A stretch of 64,000 bases of DNA from Cenarchaeum sp. (GCA_965206845.1 OZ242221.1:1184001-1248000), one strand, 5' to 3'. Positions 18,933 through 29,717 are shown, counted from the stretch's first letter. Notes: generated by a model not told the origin, from the letters alone. Numbers and translations are program-made.

Positions 18933-19256
18933 ATGCGTATAGAGTATGAGGAGTTTGATGCCATTGAAGACGTCTTCTTGTACATGTCGTCTGCTGCTCC
19001 GCCCATGAAGAACACCATGCCTGTCAACTCGTACAAGGGGTATGTGCTGGCGCTTATTCCACTGAGTCCTGCAACCGGCGAAACATACCTGATGATATAT
19101 GCCAAGGGTGAGCTTGAGCCGGGAATCTACGAGTTTGACTTTGGCACAAAGTCATACAAGAAGGTAAACACCATTGAGCGCGCCGACAGGGTCTACTTTG
19201 TGTCCCTGACACCTGTAAGAAACACGATCGCCGACGCGGCGCTGGCAACACTATAG
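18933..19256 (+). CDS. Conserved hypothetical protein
   Basis: 107-aa ORF with coding-like composition, convergent with radical SAM gene. Confidence 0.7.
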   Translation: MRIEYEEFDAIEDVFLYMSSAAPPMKNTMPVNSYKGYVLALIPLSPATGETYLMIYAKGELEPGIYEFDFGTKSYKKVNTIERADRVYFVSLTPVRNTIADAALATL

Positions 19257-20837
19257 TTTTTTGGTCTCGATTCTGGGGGCAGATACGGATCTGCTTCTGT
19301 CATACTTTTCGATGATCTCGTCCGGGGTTCTTCCGTTGAAGAGATCCTTGCAGAGCCCCCGCAGGTACCTCATGATGGCCCAGGTTCCTGCCTTGATGAT
19401 TCCGTACATGAACACCTTCATGGCGGGGCCGTAGGTCTTGTTGCGGAGTATGATGGGAATTATGTCATTGATTACCTGGAGGTTGTTCTCCCAGCATCTC
19501 CAGAACAGCGTGAACTGGGCCTCGTTGAGGTTGCCAAAGTGCATCGAGTTTCTCTCTCCAAAGTCCTGGTAGAGCAGTGGCGCCACGAGTCCCCTAAAGT
19601 CCATGGCCTTAAAGTCCTTGGTCATGTTTATGGTGTCCTGGACATCCTCGGGCGTCTCGTCGGGCCAGCCTATAATGATGGTTGCCGCCGGGAACCAGTG
19701 GTTGCGGTTCAGTATCTCTGCGCCTTCCAGAACCACGCTTCCCCACTCCTCTGGCGCAAAGGGCTTCGTCTTGACCCCCAGGTGCTTCTTTACCATCTTT
19801 GGGGCCACGGTCTCGATGCCCAGATTGGTGGCAAGCCACCGGCCGGTCTCGTGCTGCCTGTTGATGGCTGATATGTCGTGCATCAGATCCGGGTCTGCCG
19901 CTACCGCCGAGAAGGTCATGTGGGTGGTGCCCACAAAGTTTGCACCCAGGCCCTTGAGCCCCCGCCAGAGATCCGTGATGGCCTCCCGGTTGGGCCTAAA
20001 GTCCCTGTTGTCACACCCGTAGAGTAGCATCTCGTCGGAGTGGAGCCAGATCGAGTCAAACCCATAGTCCAGGTTTACCTTGGCCTCCCTCTGCAGCCTG
20101 TCCAGAGGAAGATCCTTCTTTGATCTCTTGTTTACATCGCAAAAGTCACAGCCCCTGCCGCAGCCACGCATGGCCTCTATGAGCGAGTTTACGGTCGGTC
20201 CATTGATGACTGGGATGTTCTGTATGTTCTTGACAAAGCAGTGCATCAGCTCCGGCGCGTCGCCCCTCTCCAGATCGTTGAACAGGTCCAAGGCCAGCTC
20301 GTCGGCCTCGCCCACCACTACGGTGTCGATTCCGTGAACGCGCATCCTGTCCGTCTTTGCCAGCTCCCAGGCGCCGTTTCCGCCTACCACCACGCGAAAG
20401 CCGTACTGTTTCTTCAGCTGGATGATCCTTGCACACATCTTCTTGAATTTCATGGCCACGTAGGAGAGCTTCTCTGGCGACATCGTCGTCGTGACCGGTG
20501 CCATGCCCAGGGGATCCATTACATTGATTCCCACCACCTTGGTGTCGGATCCCACGGATTTCTCGATATAGTCTGGGTTTGCCACGAACACCTCGTTCTT
20601 GTCGTACCCTTGGAGGAGGGCGCTCTCGACCCTTCTCAGTCCTACCTGGGCCACCTTGGCCTCGCCGGTTACCGGGTCGGTCTCCACCGGAGGACAGAAA
20701 ACCCTGTCAAAGACCCACTCGGGCAGCACCTCGTAGGGGCCGCAGGCAATAAAACCGTAAAGGAAATTTCCGCGATAGTTTGTCATCAGACTGCGATCCG
20801 CAGTCAGGACTATTCGTTTGCCTGCCAATATAACCAT
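19251..20837 (-). CDS. B12-binding-domain radical SAM protein
   Basis: RGCGRGCDFC CxxxCxxC; VVGGNGAW, VVGEAD. Confidence 0.9.
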   Translation of the reverse strand: MVILAGKRIVLTADRSLMTNYRGNFLYGFIACGPYEVLPEWVFDRVFCPPVETDPVTGEAKVAQVGLRRVESALLQGYDKNEVFVANPDYIEKSVGSDTKVVGINVMDPLGMAPVTTTMSPEKLSYVAMKFKKMCARIIQLKKQYGFRVVVGGNGAWELAKTDRMRVHGIDTVVVGEADELALDLFNDLERGDAPELMHCFVKNIQNIPVINGPTVNSLIEAMRGCGRGCDFCDVNKRSKKDLPLDRLQREAKVNLDYGFDSIWLHSDEMLLYGCDNRDFRPNREAITDLWRGLKGLGANFVGTTHMTFSAVAADPDLMHDISAINRQHETGRWLATNLGIETVAPKMVKKHLGVKTKPFAPEEWGSVVLEGAEILNRNHWFPAATIIIGWPDETPEDVQDTINMTKDFKAMDFRGLVAPLLYQDFGERNSMHFGNLNEAQFTLFWRCWENNLQVINDIIPIILRNKTYGPAMKVFMYGIIKAGTWAIMRYLRGLCKDLFNGRTPDEIIEKYDRSRSVSAPRIETKKL

Positions 20838-20902
20838 CTGACTGGTGCATTCTATATATCATTTCCGAGTCAGATGGCGTTGTCCATTTCCGCAAATGTC
20901 AT

Positions 20903-21367
20903 CCTACCTGATCCACTTGCGCTTCCTCGACTTTGCCGGGGAGTCGACGACTAGGCCGTGGGATTTCATTATCTGGTATACGCGGGAGCGGCTTATATCA
21001 TGTCCTTCCTTCTTGAGTGTCTTGGCCGTCCGCACCACGCCCTCCGGCCTGGGTGGTGGGCATCTAGCACCATCTGGACTTCCTCGTCAGACAGTGCAGG
21101 GCTCTTCGGCCGACCGGCGAGGCGCTGGATATGTGCGGTCTCTGTCTTGAGATGCTCCGCCCACAACCGCCGGACATGCCGCTGCGTCACATCAATCTCC
21201 CCTGCCGCCACCTTGGTGTCCCTGCCCCCCTCCAGCTGCCTGATGAGGCATCGAATGGATATGTCCGACAGCTTTGGCCTTATCGTCCCCTTTGATCTAT
21301 GCAGCTTAAGGTAATCTTCCAGCGTACGCTTGACTGCACCTATACGACATGATTCTTGGACAATAGA
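20903..21367 (-). pseudogene. IS481-family transposase remnant (N-terminal HTH, frameshifted, truncated)
   Basis: Fragments EIDVTQRHVRRLWAE and SRVYQIMKSHGLV..PAKSRKRKWIR match ORF 57514; end TCTATTGTCCAAGAATCATG resembles the left end at 57424. Confidence 0.85.
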
Positions 21368-21420
21368 AAAGTCTGTTTTGCATAAATATGTTTATTAACG
21401 CCACAATTCTAGGGTTATAG

Positions 21421-24258
21421 ATGAAGTACGGAATCACCGGCGTGTTTGCTCTTGCAGTAATTGTGGCCGGTACCATGGGCGTCGGCGCGTACGCGCAGGA
21501 CGGCTCCGATTCCGGACTGTCCGGGGAGATCCGCCTTGGCTTGATCACGCCGCTCTCGGGCGACGTGGCCCAGTACGGGGAGGAGAACCTGGCGGCAACA
21601 AACCTTGCCGTAGATGACTTTAACAAGTACCTTGCCGACAAGGATGCCGGCTGGTCAATTGAACTTACGATAGAGGACTCGCAGACGCTTCCCACAGCAG
21701 CGCTGGAGAAGATCCAGTCGCTGCGCGCCAAGGGCATAAGCATAGTGCTCGGGCCCTGGTCCAGCGCGTCCCTGCAGAACGTAAAGGGGTACGCCGACTC
21801 CAACGAGATGCTGCTGTTCAGCTGCTGCTCCACATCACCGCTCATTGCCATCTCCGGGGACTCCGTCTTTAGGATGTCACCGGACGACTCCAACCAGGGC
21901 ACCGCAATAAGCAAGCTCTTCGATGACGCCGGAATCGAGGTCATGGTGCCGGTATGGCGCGAGGACGCATGGGGAACCGGACTCCAGGACGCCTCACGGC
22001 TGTCATTTGAGTCCCGGGGCGGCATAGTCGACGATGGCTTGGGCTACAACCCGGAGGTCAGCGAGTTCTCAGTCGAGGCCTCAATCCTGGCAGACACCGT
22101 GCAGGGATATGTTAATGATCACGGCGCCGACAAGGTGGGCGTGCTGTACGTCGGGTTCGGCGAGGTGCTTCTGTTCATGCAGGCCGCATCAGACTACGAG
22201 GTGCTCGGCGACGTAAGGTGGTTCGGCAGCGACGCCAACACAAAGGAGTCAAAGCTGGTGGAGGACTCCATCGGACTCGGGTTTGTGACTGACACAATGT
22301 ACACCACCGTGCAGGTGGCATCAGGCAAGAACGATCTCAGCCAGTATGTCGACAACTCCCTGAATGAGAGCATCGGACGGATACCAAGCACCTACGCAAG
22401 CTCCGCATACGACATGATGTGGCTGATGGGACTGACTATAGAGAGGGAGCAGAGCACCGATGTTGCGGTGCTGACCGCGGCGATACCCGAGGTTGCAGAG
22501 GAGTATGTTGGGGCCTTGGGCTCCTCGCGCCTCAATGACGCAGGCGACCTGGCCCAGACAAACTACGACGTCTGGGACATAAGGGACGGCTCATGGACGC
22601 TGGCCGGGACGTACTTTTCGGCATCAGACACCATAGAGTTTGAGGGCGCCATGATGAAGGACGGTCTGACCGGAGAGGTAGAGATAGGCTCGATCCTGCC
22701 GCTCACTGGCAGGCTCTCAAAGCACGGCGAGGAGAACTGGGTGGCCTCTGTCCTTGCCACGGTAGACTTTAACAAGTACCTGGCAGACAAGGGCGCAACC
22801 TGGACGCTCAGCGCCACAGTCGAGGACTCGCAGACGTCGCCCACGGTCGCACTTGAAAAGCTGCAGACGCTGCACGCCAAGAACATAAAGATCGTGCTGG
22901 GACCCGAGACCAGCTCCAACCTTCAGAACATAAAGGGATATGCGGATGCCAACGAGATACTGCTCTTCAGCTGCTGCTCCACGTCGCCGCTTCTTGCCAT
23001 ATCCGGTGATACCATATTCAGGATGGCGCCAGACGACACCAACCAGGGCACCGCGCTGAGCAAGATCTTCACCGAGGCAGGAATAGAGGCCGTGGTGCCG
23101 GTATGGCGCGAGGACGCGTGGGGCGTGGGACTTATAGGATCCATCCGTGACTCATTTGCGTCTAGGGGCGGCACGGTAGCCGACGGACTTGGATACAACC
23201 CAGAGGCCAGCGACTTTTCGGCCGAGACATCGCTCCTGGCGGAGATAGTGCAGGAGTATGTGGACGAGTACGGCCCAGACAAGGTGGCCGTGATGTACAT
23301 CGGGTTCGGCGAGGGCCTGCTGTTCATGCAGTCCGCATCGGGCCAGGAGATACTCCATGACGTGAGGTGGTTCGGCACCGACGGCAACACCCGGGATCCG
23401 ACATTCATCGACGATCCGATAGGGCTTGAATTTGTGACTGACACCAGCTACACCACCGTGCAGGTGGCATCAGGCAAGAACGAGATCAGCAAGCGCGTGG
23501 ACGAGGCGCTGGTGGCGGAGCTTGGAAGGGTGCCAAGCACGTATGCGAGCTCCGCATACGACGCGGTATGGGTTGTAGGCCTTGCGATAGACAGGGAGCA
23601 GAGCACGGACGTTGCGGTGCTGAGCCAGGCGATTCCCGAGATTGCCGCAGAGCACACGGGCGCACTGGGCTCGACACGCCTCAACGACTACGGCGACCTG
23701 GCCCAGACAAACTACGACGTCTGGGACATCAGGGACGGCTCATGGACGCTGGCCGGGACGTACTTTTCGGCATCAGACACCATCGCGCTAGAGGGCGCCA
23801 TGCCGGACATGCCTGACGAAGTAGTGCCGGACATGCCTGACGAAGTAGTGCCGGACATGCCTGACGAAACCACGCCCCCTGGCGGATGCCTGATTGCGAC
23901 CGCCGCATACGGCAGTGAGCTTGCACCGCAGGTCCAGTTACTGCGTGAGATCAGGGACAACACGCTGCTCTCGACTGACTCTGGGACGTCATTCATGACG
24001 GGCTTCAACCAGTTCTACTACTCGTTCTCCCCCGCTGTTGCAGACCTTGAGCGCGAGAACGCCATGTTCAGGGACGCCGTGAGGGTGGCGATAACGCCTG
24101 GACTGTACACGCTGAACATAATGACGCTTGCGGACCAGAACTCTGACGCCTCGGTCATCGCATTTGGCCTACTCGCGATTGCCGCCATGGCAGGCATCTA
24201 CGTGGCAGGACCGGTCCTGACGGTACACGCCATCCGCAAAAGAGCAAGGCGCGCATAA
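21421..24258 (+). CDS. Tandem two-domain branched-chain amino acid-type ABC substrate-binding protein with CFI-box-CTERM anchor
   Basis: Two ~383-aa homologous periplasmic binding domains (PLSG/PLTG, EDSQT, FRMSPDD); GGCLIATAAYGSELAPQVQ. Confidence 0.9.
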   Translation: MKYGITGVFALAVIVAGTMGVGAYAQDGSDSGLSGEIRLGLITPLSGDVAQYGEENLAATNLAVDDFNKYLADKDAGWSIELTIEDSQTLPTAALEKIQSLRAKGISIVLGPWSSASLQNVKGYADSNEMLLFSCCSTSPLIAISGDSVFRMSPDDSNQGTAISKLFDDAGIEVMVPVWREDAWGTGLQDASRLSFESRGGIVDDGLGYNPEVSEFSVEASILADTVQGYVNDHGADKVGVLYVGFGEVLLFMQAASDYEVLGDVRWFGSDANTKESKLVEDSIGLGFVTDTMYTTVQVASGKNDLSQYVDNSLNESIGRIPSTYASSAYDMMWLMGLTIEREQSTDVAVLTAAIPEVAEEYVGALGSSRLNDAGDLAQTNYDVWDIRDGSWTLAGTYFSASDTIEFEGAMMKDGLTGEVEIGSILPLTGRLSKHGEENWVASVLATVDFNKYLADKGATWTLSATVEDSQTSPTVALEKLQTLHAKNIKIVLGPETSSNLQNIKGYADANEILLFSCCSTSPLLAISGDTIFRMAPDDTNQGTALSKIFTEAGIEAVVPVWREDAWGVGLIGSIRDSFASRGGTVADGLGYNPEASDFSAETSLLAEIVQEYVDEYGPDKVAVMYIGFGEGLLFMQSASGQEILHDVRWFGTDGNTRDPTFIDDPIGLEFVTDTSYTTVQVASGKNEISKRVDEALVAELGRVPSTYASSAYDAVWVVGLAIDREQSTDVAVLSQAIPEIAAEHTGALGSTRLNDYGDLAQTNYDVWDIRDGSWTLAGTYFSASDTIALEGAMPDMPDEVVPDMPDEVVPDMPDETTPPGGCLIATAAYGSELAPQVQLLREIRDNTLLSTDSGTSFMTGFNQFYYSFSPAVADLERENAMFRDAVRVAITPGLYTLNIMTLADQNSDASVIAFGLLAIAAMAGIYVAGPVLTVHAIRKRARRA
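23800..23870 (+). repeat. 24-bp coding tandem repeat (MPDEVVPD)
   Basis: GTAGTGCCGGACATGCCTGACGAA, about 3 copies. Confidence 0.85.
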
Positions 24259-24580
24259 CATCCCACAGGCGCCAGCAGCAGCAGATGTCCTCTGATGCGC
24301 AGCTTAGCTATGGATCTGCATGCCTTTGGGCCTGCCGCGTGATGCCGGGCTGAATGCAAAGGTCACCTGCAATGTCTGTTTGTGTGATGCCGCATGTCTC
24401 ACCTGGCGGAACACGAAAGCCTGACCGCATGCACAAGCTCACACTTGCATGGTGCATCGCAACCTTGCCGTTCCGCAAGCAGCGCACAAGGGCCGTGTGT
24501 GGGACGAACTGCCCAATGTTTGGATCCTGCGGACTGAAAGATCTGCGCTTCCCATAACCTATATAGCAAAACCGCTTTGA

Positions 24581-25258
24581 TTGGGAGCTATGCAGCAGTG
24601 GATCTTTGAGATCAGATCCAGGCCATTTGTAGTACTTGCGGCGGCATTTTTGTTGGCGACTCTGCTGGCGGCCACCGCTGCAACCGAGGGGTTTGACCGG
24701 TGGGTCTCTGAGACGTTCCACTCAGTAGCGGGCAACCCGGTGCTGGATATATCCATGTGGGCCATAACCGAGGCGGGAGACATATACTACATGCTCGTCT
24801 TTGGGATAGCCCTCTTGATCATCCGTAGGACGCGCCGGATAGGGATAACGCTGATGATCTGCCTGGTTCTTGGAACTCTGGCAACGGGATACCTCAAGTG
24901 TGGAATAAGCCGTGATTCGCCCGATCTTGAATTTACAGGGGTTGACTTTCCAATTCCCAGCAGCATAGACACCTTCCCACTCTTCTGCCAGGGGGGCTAC
25001 AGCTCCTCGTTCCCCTCTGGGCATGCGGCCCGGGCGGCCGTCTTTGGTGTGATTCTCGGCTATGCGCTGTCTGAAAGGTTTCCGCGCGGGTGCTACCTGC
25101 TGCTGCTCTATCCGCTGCTGATGTCTGTAAGCCGGGTCTACGTCCTGCAGCACTTTCCAATGGACGTCATCGGCGGTACCATACTGGGGGTACTCATCGC
25201 AGGAGCCATCGGGCAGCGATCAAAGCTCTACCGGCTCTTTGCCAGCTCAAAGCTCTAG
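24581..25258 (+). CDS. PAP2-family membrane phosphatase
   Basis: SFPSGHA and SRVYVLQHFPMDV motifs. Confidence 0.88.
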   Translation: MGAMQQWIFEIRSRPFVVLAAAFLLATLLAATAATEGFDRWVSETFHSVAGNPVLDISMWAITEAGDIYYMLVFGIALLIIRRTRRIGITLMICLVLGTLATGYLKCGISRDSPDLEFTGVDFPIPSSIDTFPLFCQGGYSSSFPSGHAARAAVFGVILGYALSERFPRGCYLLLLYPLLMSVSRVYVLQHFPMDVIGGTILGVLIAGAIGQRSKLYRLFASSKL

Positions 25259-25558
25259 GCTCTCAAACACGTTGTTGCTGATCAGCACAATGGCATAGTG
25301 GTCGTCATCGTGGTGGTACGTCCAGTACCTCAGATCCCTGTGTTGGTTATCCTTTCTTAGCATGCTGCTCAGAGTGGTGGTCACCGTATAGCCTATTCTC
25401 TTTGCCACCTTCTTCTCTTTTGGCATCAGCACCCTGAATCCGTCGCTTCTGTTGCGGAACCCAACCCTCGCCATCTCTTCGGCTGCCTCTGCTGCCTGCC
25501 TTTCGTCCCTGATCTCAAACACCTTTGCAACCGGAATCTTTGATGGGTGAACGTCCAT
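25247..25558 (-). CDS. Conserved hypothetical protein
   Basis: 103-aa ORF preceded by AT-rich promoter-like sequence. Confidence 0.7.
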   Translation of the reverse strand: MDVHPSKIPVAKVFEIRDERQAAEAAEEMARVGFRNRSDGFRVLMPKEKKVAKRIGYTVTTTLSSMLRKDNQHRDLRYWTYHHDDDHYAIVLISNNVFESLEL

Positions 25559-25760
25559 CTCGTATAGTCGGGGACGGATTAATTAATAACCTTTACACGT
25601 GCCTGTCCATCGATCCTGCCGCAGTTACCGGCTTCAGAGGTCACCGGTCACCTCTAGGGGCATGAACATGCTCGGCGCGCCTCCTCTGCATCGCAAGATG
25701 GCGGGCCAGCCTGTGCAGATCAGAACTTATATTTTATGTTCTGCCACCTTATAGCTTCGT

Positions 25761-26351
25761 ATGCTGAGAAGGCGCGGGCCCATAATAGGTATAGCCGGGC
25801 TGGTAATTGCGGGAAGCACGTATCTGATACTGCTGTCCCTCTTCCCCTCGCTGGATCACTCGCCACTCGGCGGTGCGGTGCCGCTTCTCTCTGACAGGGC
25901 AACCACAACAGAGACGATCGGCCCCGGCGAATCGGCCACGTTCCAGTACGTCCCCTCGGGCTCGCGCACGCTGTCTGACTCTGTCTCTTCCTTCATGTGG
26001 GGGGCGCACATACCTGACTATGAGCCAGGCGATGGGGCGTCCATCGTTATGAGCGACTCGACAGGAAACGTGCTGGACACGGTAAGACTGCAGGGCTGGG
26101 AAGTGTTCGAACCCCACGTGGCAGAATCCCTCGACACCTACTACTTTGAGGTGACAAACATCGGCGACAGACCGTTCTCGGTGTTCATGACGTTTCTGGA
26201 CAGCTCAGATCTTGAGAGCGACTCGATACAGAAGATAATACACATCGGACTGGCTGGGGTGGTCTTCCTGGTGGGCGTGGTTGTAATCATTGTGGGCGCA
26301 GTAGTTACGCTGGTTGACTGGAAGAGTGAAAAGAGAACCGCCAGCTACTGA
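25761..26351 (+). CDS. Hypothetical membrane protein
   Basis: N- and C-terminal TM helices; same architecture as 11541-12041. Confidence 0.7.
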   Translation: MLRRRGPIIGIAGLVIAGSTYLILLSLFPSLDHSPLGGAVPLLSDRATTTETIGPGESATFQYVPSGSRTLSDSVSSFMWGAHIPDYEPGDGASIVMSDSTGNVLDTVRLQGWEVFEPHVAESLDTYYFEVTNIGDRPFSVFMTFLDSSDLESDSIQKIIHIGLAGVVFLVGVVVIIVGAVVTLVDWKSEKRTASY

Positions 26352-26473
26352 ACCAGACGAGATCGGTGTGGGTGCAGTAGCTGCACCCAGTTGGCTGAAA
26401 AAACGAACCTGAAGCTGCCGGGAACTTGATAAAATTAAGTGACAGGATCAAAAATATAGCCCTGCTCACGGGA

Positions 26474-26779
26474 TTATTGAGGGTTTATCTCGAGCTTGCC
26501 GTATTTGCCTATTGAAAGTCCAACCTCGCCCCTGAAGGGTTTGGTGTAGCCGTTTGTGACTCTTACTGTGTCTCCGTCGCTGACCTTCTCTATCTCGTCG
26601 CCCCATAGGGTAAGTTTGATTTCGCCATCTTCACTGTCTTGCAGCAACATGTCGCATACCTCTGTGGTGCCTCCGGTTCGTAGGTTGACTGTTCTGGGTT
26701 CTTGTTTGTCTTTTATCTTTCCCTCGATGTTGATGTTACTTCTCAGGTTTTTTGCCTGTTCAGCTGTTACCATGCTCAT
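26474..26779 (-). CDS. ssb: Single OB-fold ssDNA-binding protein (crenarchaeal SSB type)
   Basis: IKLTLWG, NGYTKPFRGEVGLSIGKYG. Confidence 0.85.
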   Translation of the reverse strand: MSMVTAEQAKNLRSNINIEGKIKDKQEPRTVNLRTGGTTEVCDMLLQDSEDGEIKLTLWGDEIEKVSDGDTVRVTNGYTKPFRGEVGLSIGKYGKLEINPQ

Positions 26780-26824
26780 AAAGATCTCAACTTCTACTCC
26801 GATTATAAAGTTTTAGATGTGGCG

Positions 26825-28032
26825 GGGGTTGGTGCGTAATTCTCTGAACCGCCTAGACCAGTCCGATACGTTCAATGATCCGCGATCTCCCGCACGCGGC
26901 AATGAGCGAACACAGCAGACGGGAAGGATACTGGCAGTACTATGAACTGGCAAAGGAAGTCGAGGCACCCAGCCTGAAGAGGGAGCTGATCGAGATAATC
27001 CGGGAGAACCCTTGCCCGCGCCGAGAAAACGGCAACAGGGGCCGTCCCCCGGTTCACTCCAAGGAGAAACTGGACTTTGCCTGTCTGCTGATGATGGCAG
27101 GCAACAACACCTATCGCGGAGTCGAATCGGACCTGCGAGGCATGCGGACACCATGGGACAACGAGCCCGTCCCGGACCATACCACACTGGTCAGGCACCT
27201 CCAGACGATACCGGCAGACTGGCTCGATCTGATCGTGGCCGAGACGGCCCGCCGTTGCATCAAAGAGGCGGACGAGGCGACGGGCCCGCTGGGAGCCGAC
27301 AGCAGCGCGGCGGAGACCACTAGGTACGAATACGTCGAGAGGCCAAGCAGGAAGGAGCGCGACTTCGTCGAGACACGCCAAAAGACCTACTGGAAATACC
27401 ACATAACGGCCATCTTGGGCCTGCAGATCGTGCTGGCGGCGTTCACCACGCCCAGCAACATCAACGACACGACCATGCTTCCAGTCATGCTGGCTGAGAT
27501 CAGGCGTCGCGGGTTTGACTTTGCGGGGAACTTCTTTGACGGGGACAAGGGGTACGACTCTGACTACAACTGCGAGCTGCTGTTCTGGATGGGCATGATC
27601 CCCAACATCAAGCAACGGAAGGATGCCGTCAACCGTGGCAAGTCGCACAGGAGGAAGGCAGCCGGCATGTTCAGCGATAGCGAGTACAGAAAGAGGGCCC
27701 TGATAGAGGGCATCTTCGGGGCCGAGGAGACCCGGCGGCACCAGCTGCACTGCCGGTTCGTCCGGGAGGACAACCGGCGCCGGTTCGCCAAGGGAAGGGC
27801 GATCGCTTGGAACATCCGGGTCCTCAACCGGTTCGAGTGCGCCAACCGGCTAAACATGCCGATACCCTCCTACGGTGGCATGGCGCACGTGGAGTGCGCC
27901 TGATGATCCGACCCGTCAGTAGCTGATCACGGCGTGCGGGCAACAAAGCCCGACACACACCAAAGCACCGCCGGTGAAGATGCGGTGGGAGACACACATG
28001 AGCAGGACGGAGCAGAATTACGCACCAACCCC
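26825..28032 (+). mobile_element. IS5-family insertion sequence, apparently intact
   Basis: 19-bp TIR GGGGTTGGTGCGTAATTCT; 9-bp TSD GATGTGGCG at 26816-26824 and 28033-28041. Confidence 0.93.
26875..27903 (+). CDS. IS5-family DDE transposase
   Basis: PDHTTL, GADSS, GDKGYDS, RALIEGIFG. Confidence 0.9.
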   Translation: MIRDLPHAAMSEHSRREGYWQYYELAKEVEAPSLKRELIEIIRENPCPRRENGNRGRPPVHSKEKLDFACLLMMAGNNTYRGVESDLRGMRTPWDNEPVPDHTTLVRHLQTIPADWLDLIVAETARRCIKEADEATGPLGADSSAAETTRYEYVERPSRKERDFVETRQKTYWKYHITAILGLQIVLAAFTTPSNINDTTMLPVMLAEIRRRGFDFAGNFFDGDKGYDSDYNCELLFWMGMIPNIKQRKDAVNRGKSHRRKAAGMFSDSEYRKRALIEGIFGAEETRRHQLHCRFVREDNRRRFAKGRAIAWNIRVLNRFECANRLNMPIPSYGGMAHVECA

Positions 28033-28268
28033 GATGTGGCGTGGATATGGGATCGCGTCTTTTCCCCCATCCGGGCACGAGGACGCACGCCCGGAGAGGC
28101 CTCTGCGCCTGGCCCAAGGCAGCAGGTGATCCCTGTACTGGCGTGGCATGTGGGCTCATCTGCCGTACCAAACCCGGTGGAGAGCCTCCCGGGTATGCGA
28201 TACGGCTTGGCGCTCCCGCATCTGCACGGCGCGGGCGGATCCGGTGACGGCTCGTAGCCGGTACAGTA

Positions 28269-28371
28269 TGGTGCAGAAGGTGGGATTCGAACCCACGAAC
28301 CCCTAAGGGAAAGGATCGCCCATGAACTGATCTTGAGTCCTTCTCGGTTGGCCGGGCTTCGGTACTTCTGC
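28269..28371 (-). tRNA. tRNA-Leu(CAA) with ~15-nt anticodon-loop intron and encoded CCA
   Basis: Acceptor GCAGAAG/CTTCTGC-ACCA, T-loop GGTTCGAATCC, anticodon stem AAGGA/TCCTT around CTCAAGA plus insert, long variable arm. Confidence 0.93.
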
Positions 28372-28517
28372 ATGGTGGGTTCACACGCTCCTTTATTTCT
28401 CAATTGCGGCTCCCCTGGGTGCGGGCGCGCACGCCCCGGCCGGATCGCCGCGCCTGGCCGGCGCGGCAGACACCGGAGCTACTCAAGAATTTTAACTCGG
28501 TGAAAAAGACCCTTGGT

Positions 28518-29717
28518 ATGAACATCCTGACCCTTGACAGCTTTGATCTGCGCGGCAAGACCGTATTTCTCCGGGTGGATATGAACTGCCCAATGGATCC
28601 AACAACCATGAAGATCGCAGGACTTGGAAGGATCGAGGAGGCCTGCGAGACCATAAGGTGCCTTGGTGACGCAAAGGTCGTGGTGGCCTCCCACCAGGGA
28701 AGGGTGGGCAACAGAGACTACACCGGGATGCGCGAGCATGCCTTGGCGCTAGAGGATCTTCTTGGAAAGGAGATAAAGTATGTCGAGGACACCATCGGCC
28801 AAGCGGCGCAGAAGGAGATCAAGAGCCTGCACAACGGAGAGATCCTGCTGCTGGACAACCTCCGACTCTGCGCAGAGGAGAACTACGAGTTCTCCCCAAA
28901 GGCTGCAGCCAAGACCATAATGGTAAGGAGGCTGGCGGGCCTCTTTGATCTGTGCATACTGGACTCGTTTCCGAGCGCCCACAGATCCCATCCCTCAATA
29001 GTGGGATTCCCACAGGTGCTGCCCGCCTGCGCAGGCAGGATCGTCGAGAGGGAGGTCCGCCGTCTGGATGAAATAATTACCGTTGCCAAGGCGCCCCACG
29101 TCATAGTCTTGGGAGGATCCAAGGTGGGCGACAGGCTGGAGTCCATCAAGATGCTGATCAGGACCGGCAGGGCGGATCACGTGCTGCTCACAGGAGTCAT
29201 AGGAAATGTCTTCATGAGGGCACAGGGCAGGATAAAGTCCCCCCTGGGAATCAAACACGAGGACGAGGCAGTGGCCAAGGCGCACGCCCTCATCGGCGAG
29301 TACCCTGATGTCTTCTCTACCCCGGTGGATGTGGCAGTAGACCATGCAGGCAGAAGGGTGGAGATGGATGTCCGCGAGCTGGACCGCGATGACAAGATCC
29401 TGGATCTCGGGCCCAAGACGGTAAGGCACTACAGCAGACTGATTGCCGGCGCCGGCACCGTCTTCATCAGCGGGCCTGCAGGGCTATTCGAGAACGAGCA
29501 GTTCAGCTTTGGAACCAAGTCGCTACTGGAGGGCGTGGCATCATCCATTGCTACCACCATAGTGAGCGGGGGCCATCTCACGTCGGCGCTAAAAAGGTAC
29601 GGCCTGATAGACAAGATAGACCATGTTAGTACCGCCGGGGGCGCGCTTGTGCTCTACCTGACGGGTCAGAGGCTTCCCATGATGGAGGCCCTGGAAGACG
29701 CGGCAAGACGGCACTAG
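28518..29717 (+). CDS. pgk: Phosphoglycerate kinase
   Basis: RVDMNCP, SHQGR, AHRSHPS, LGGSK, HVSTAGGA. Confidence 0.96.
   Translation: MNILTLDSFDLRGKTVFLRVDMNCPMDPTTMKIAGLGRIEEACETIRCLGDAKVVVASHQGRVGNRDYTGMREHALALEDLLGKEIKYVEDTIGQAAQKEIKSLHNGEILLLDNLRLCAEENYEFSPKAAAKTIMVRRLAGLFDLCILDSFPSAHRSHPSIVGFPQVLPACAGRIVEREVRRLDEIITVAKAPHVIVLGGSKVGDRLESIKMLIRTGRADHVLLTGVIGNVFMRAQGRIKSPLGIKHEDEAVAKAHALIGEYPDVFSTPVDVAVDHAGRRVEMDVRELDRDDKILDLGPKTVRHYSRLIAGAGTVFISGPAGLFENEQFSFGTKSLLEGVASSIATTIVSGGHLTSALKRYGLIDKIDHVSTAGGALVLYLTGQRLPMMEALEDAARRH

Noticed and set aside
28269-28371. tRNA-Leu as an integration site for an island
   Set aside because: No integrase and no duplicated tRNA 3' end found in the window.
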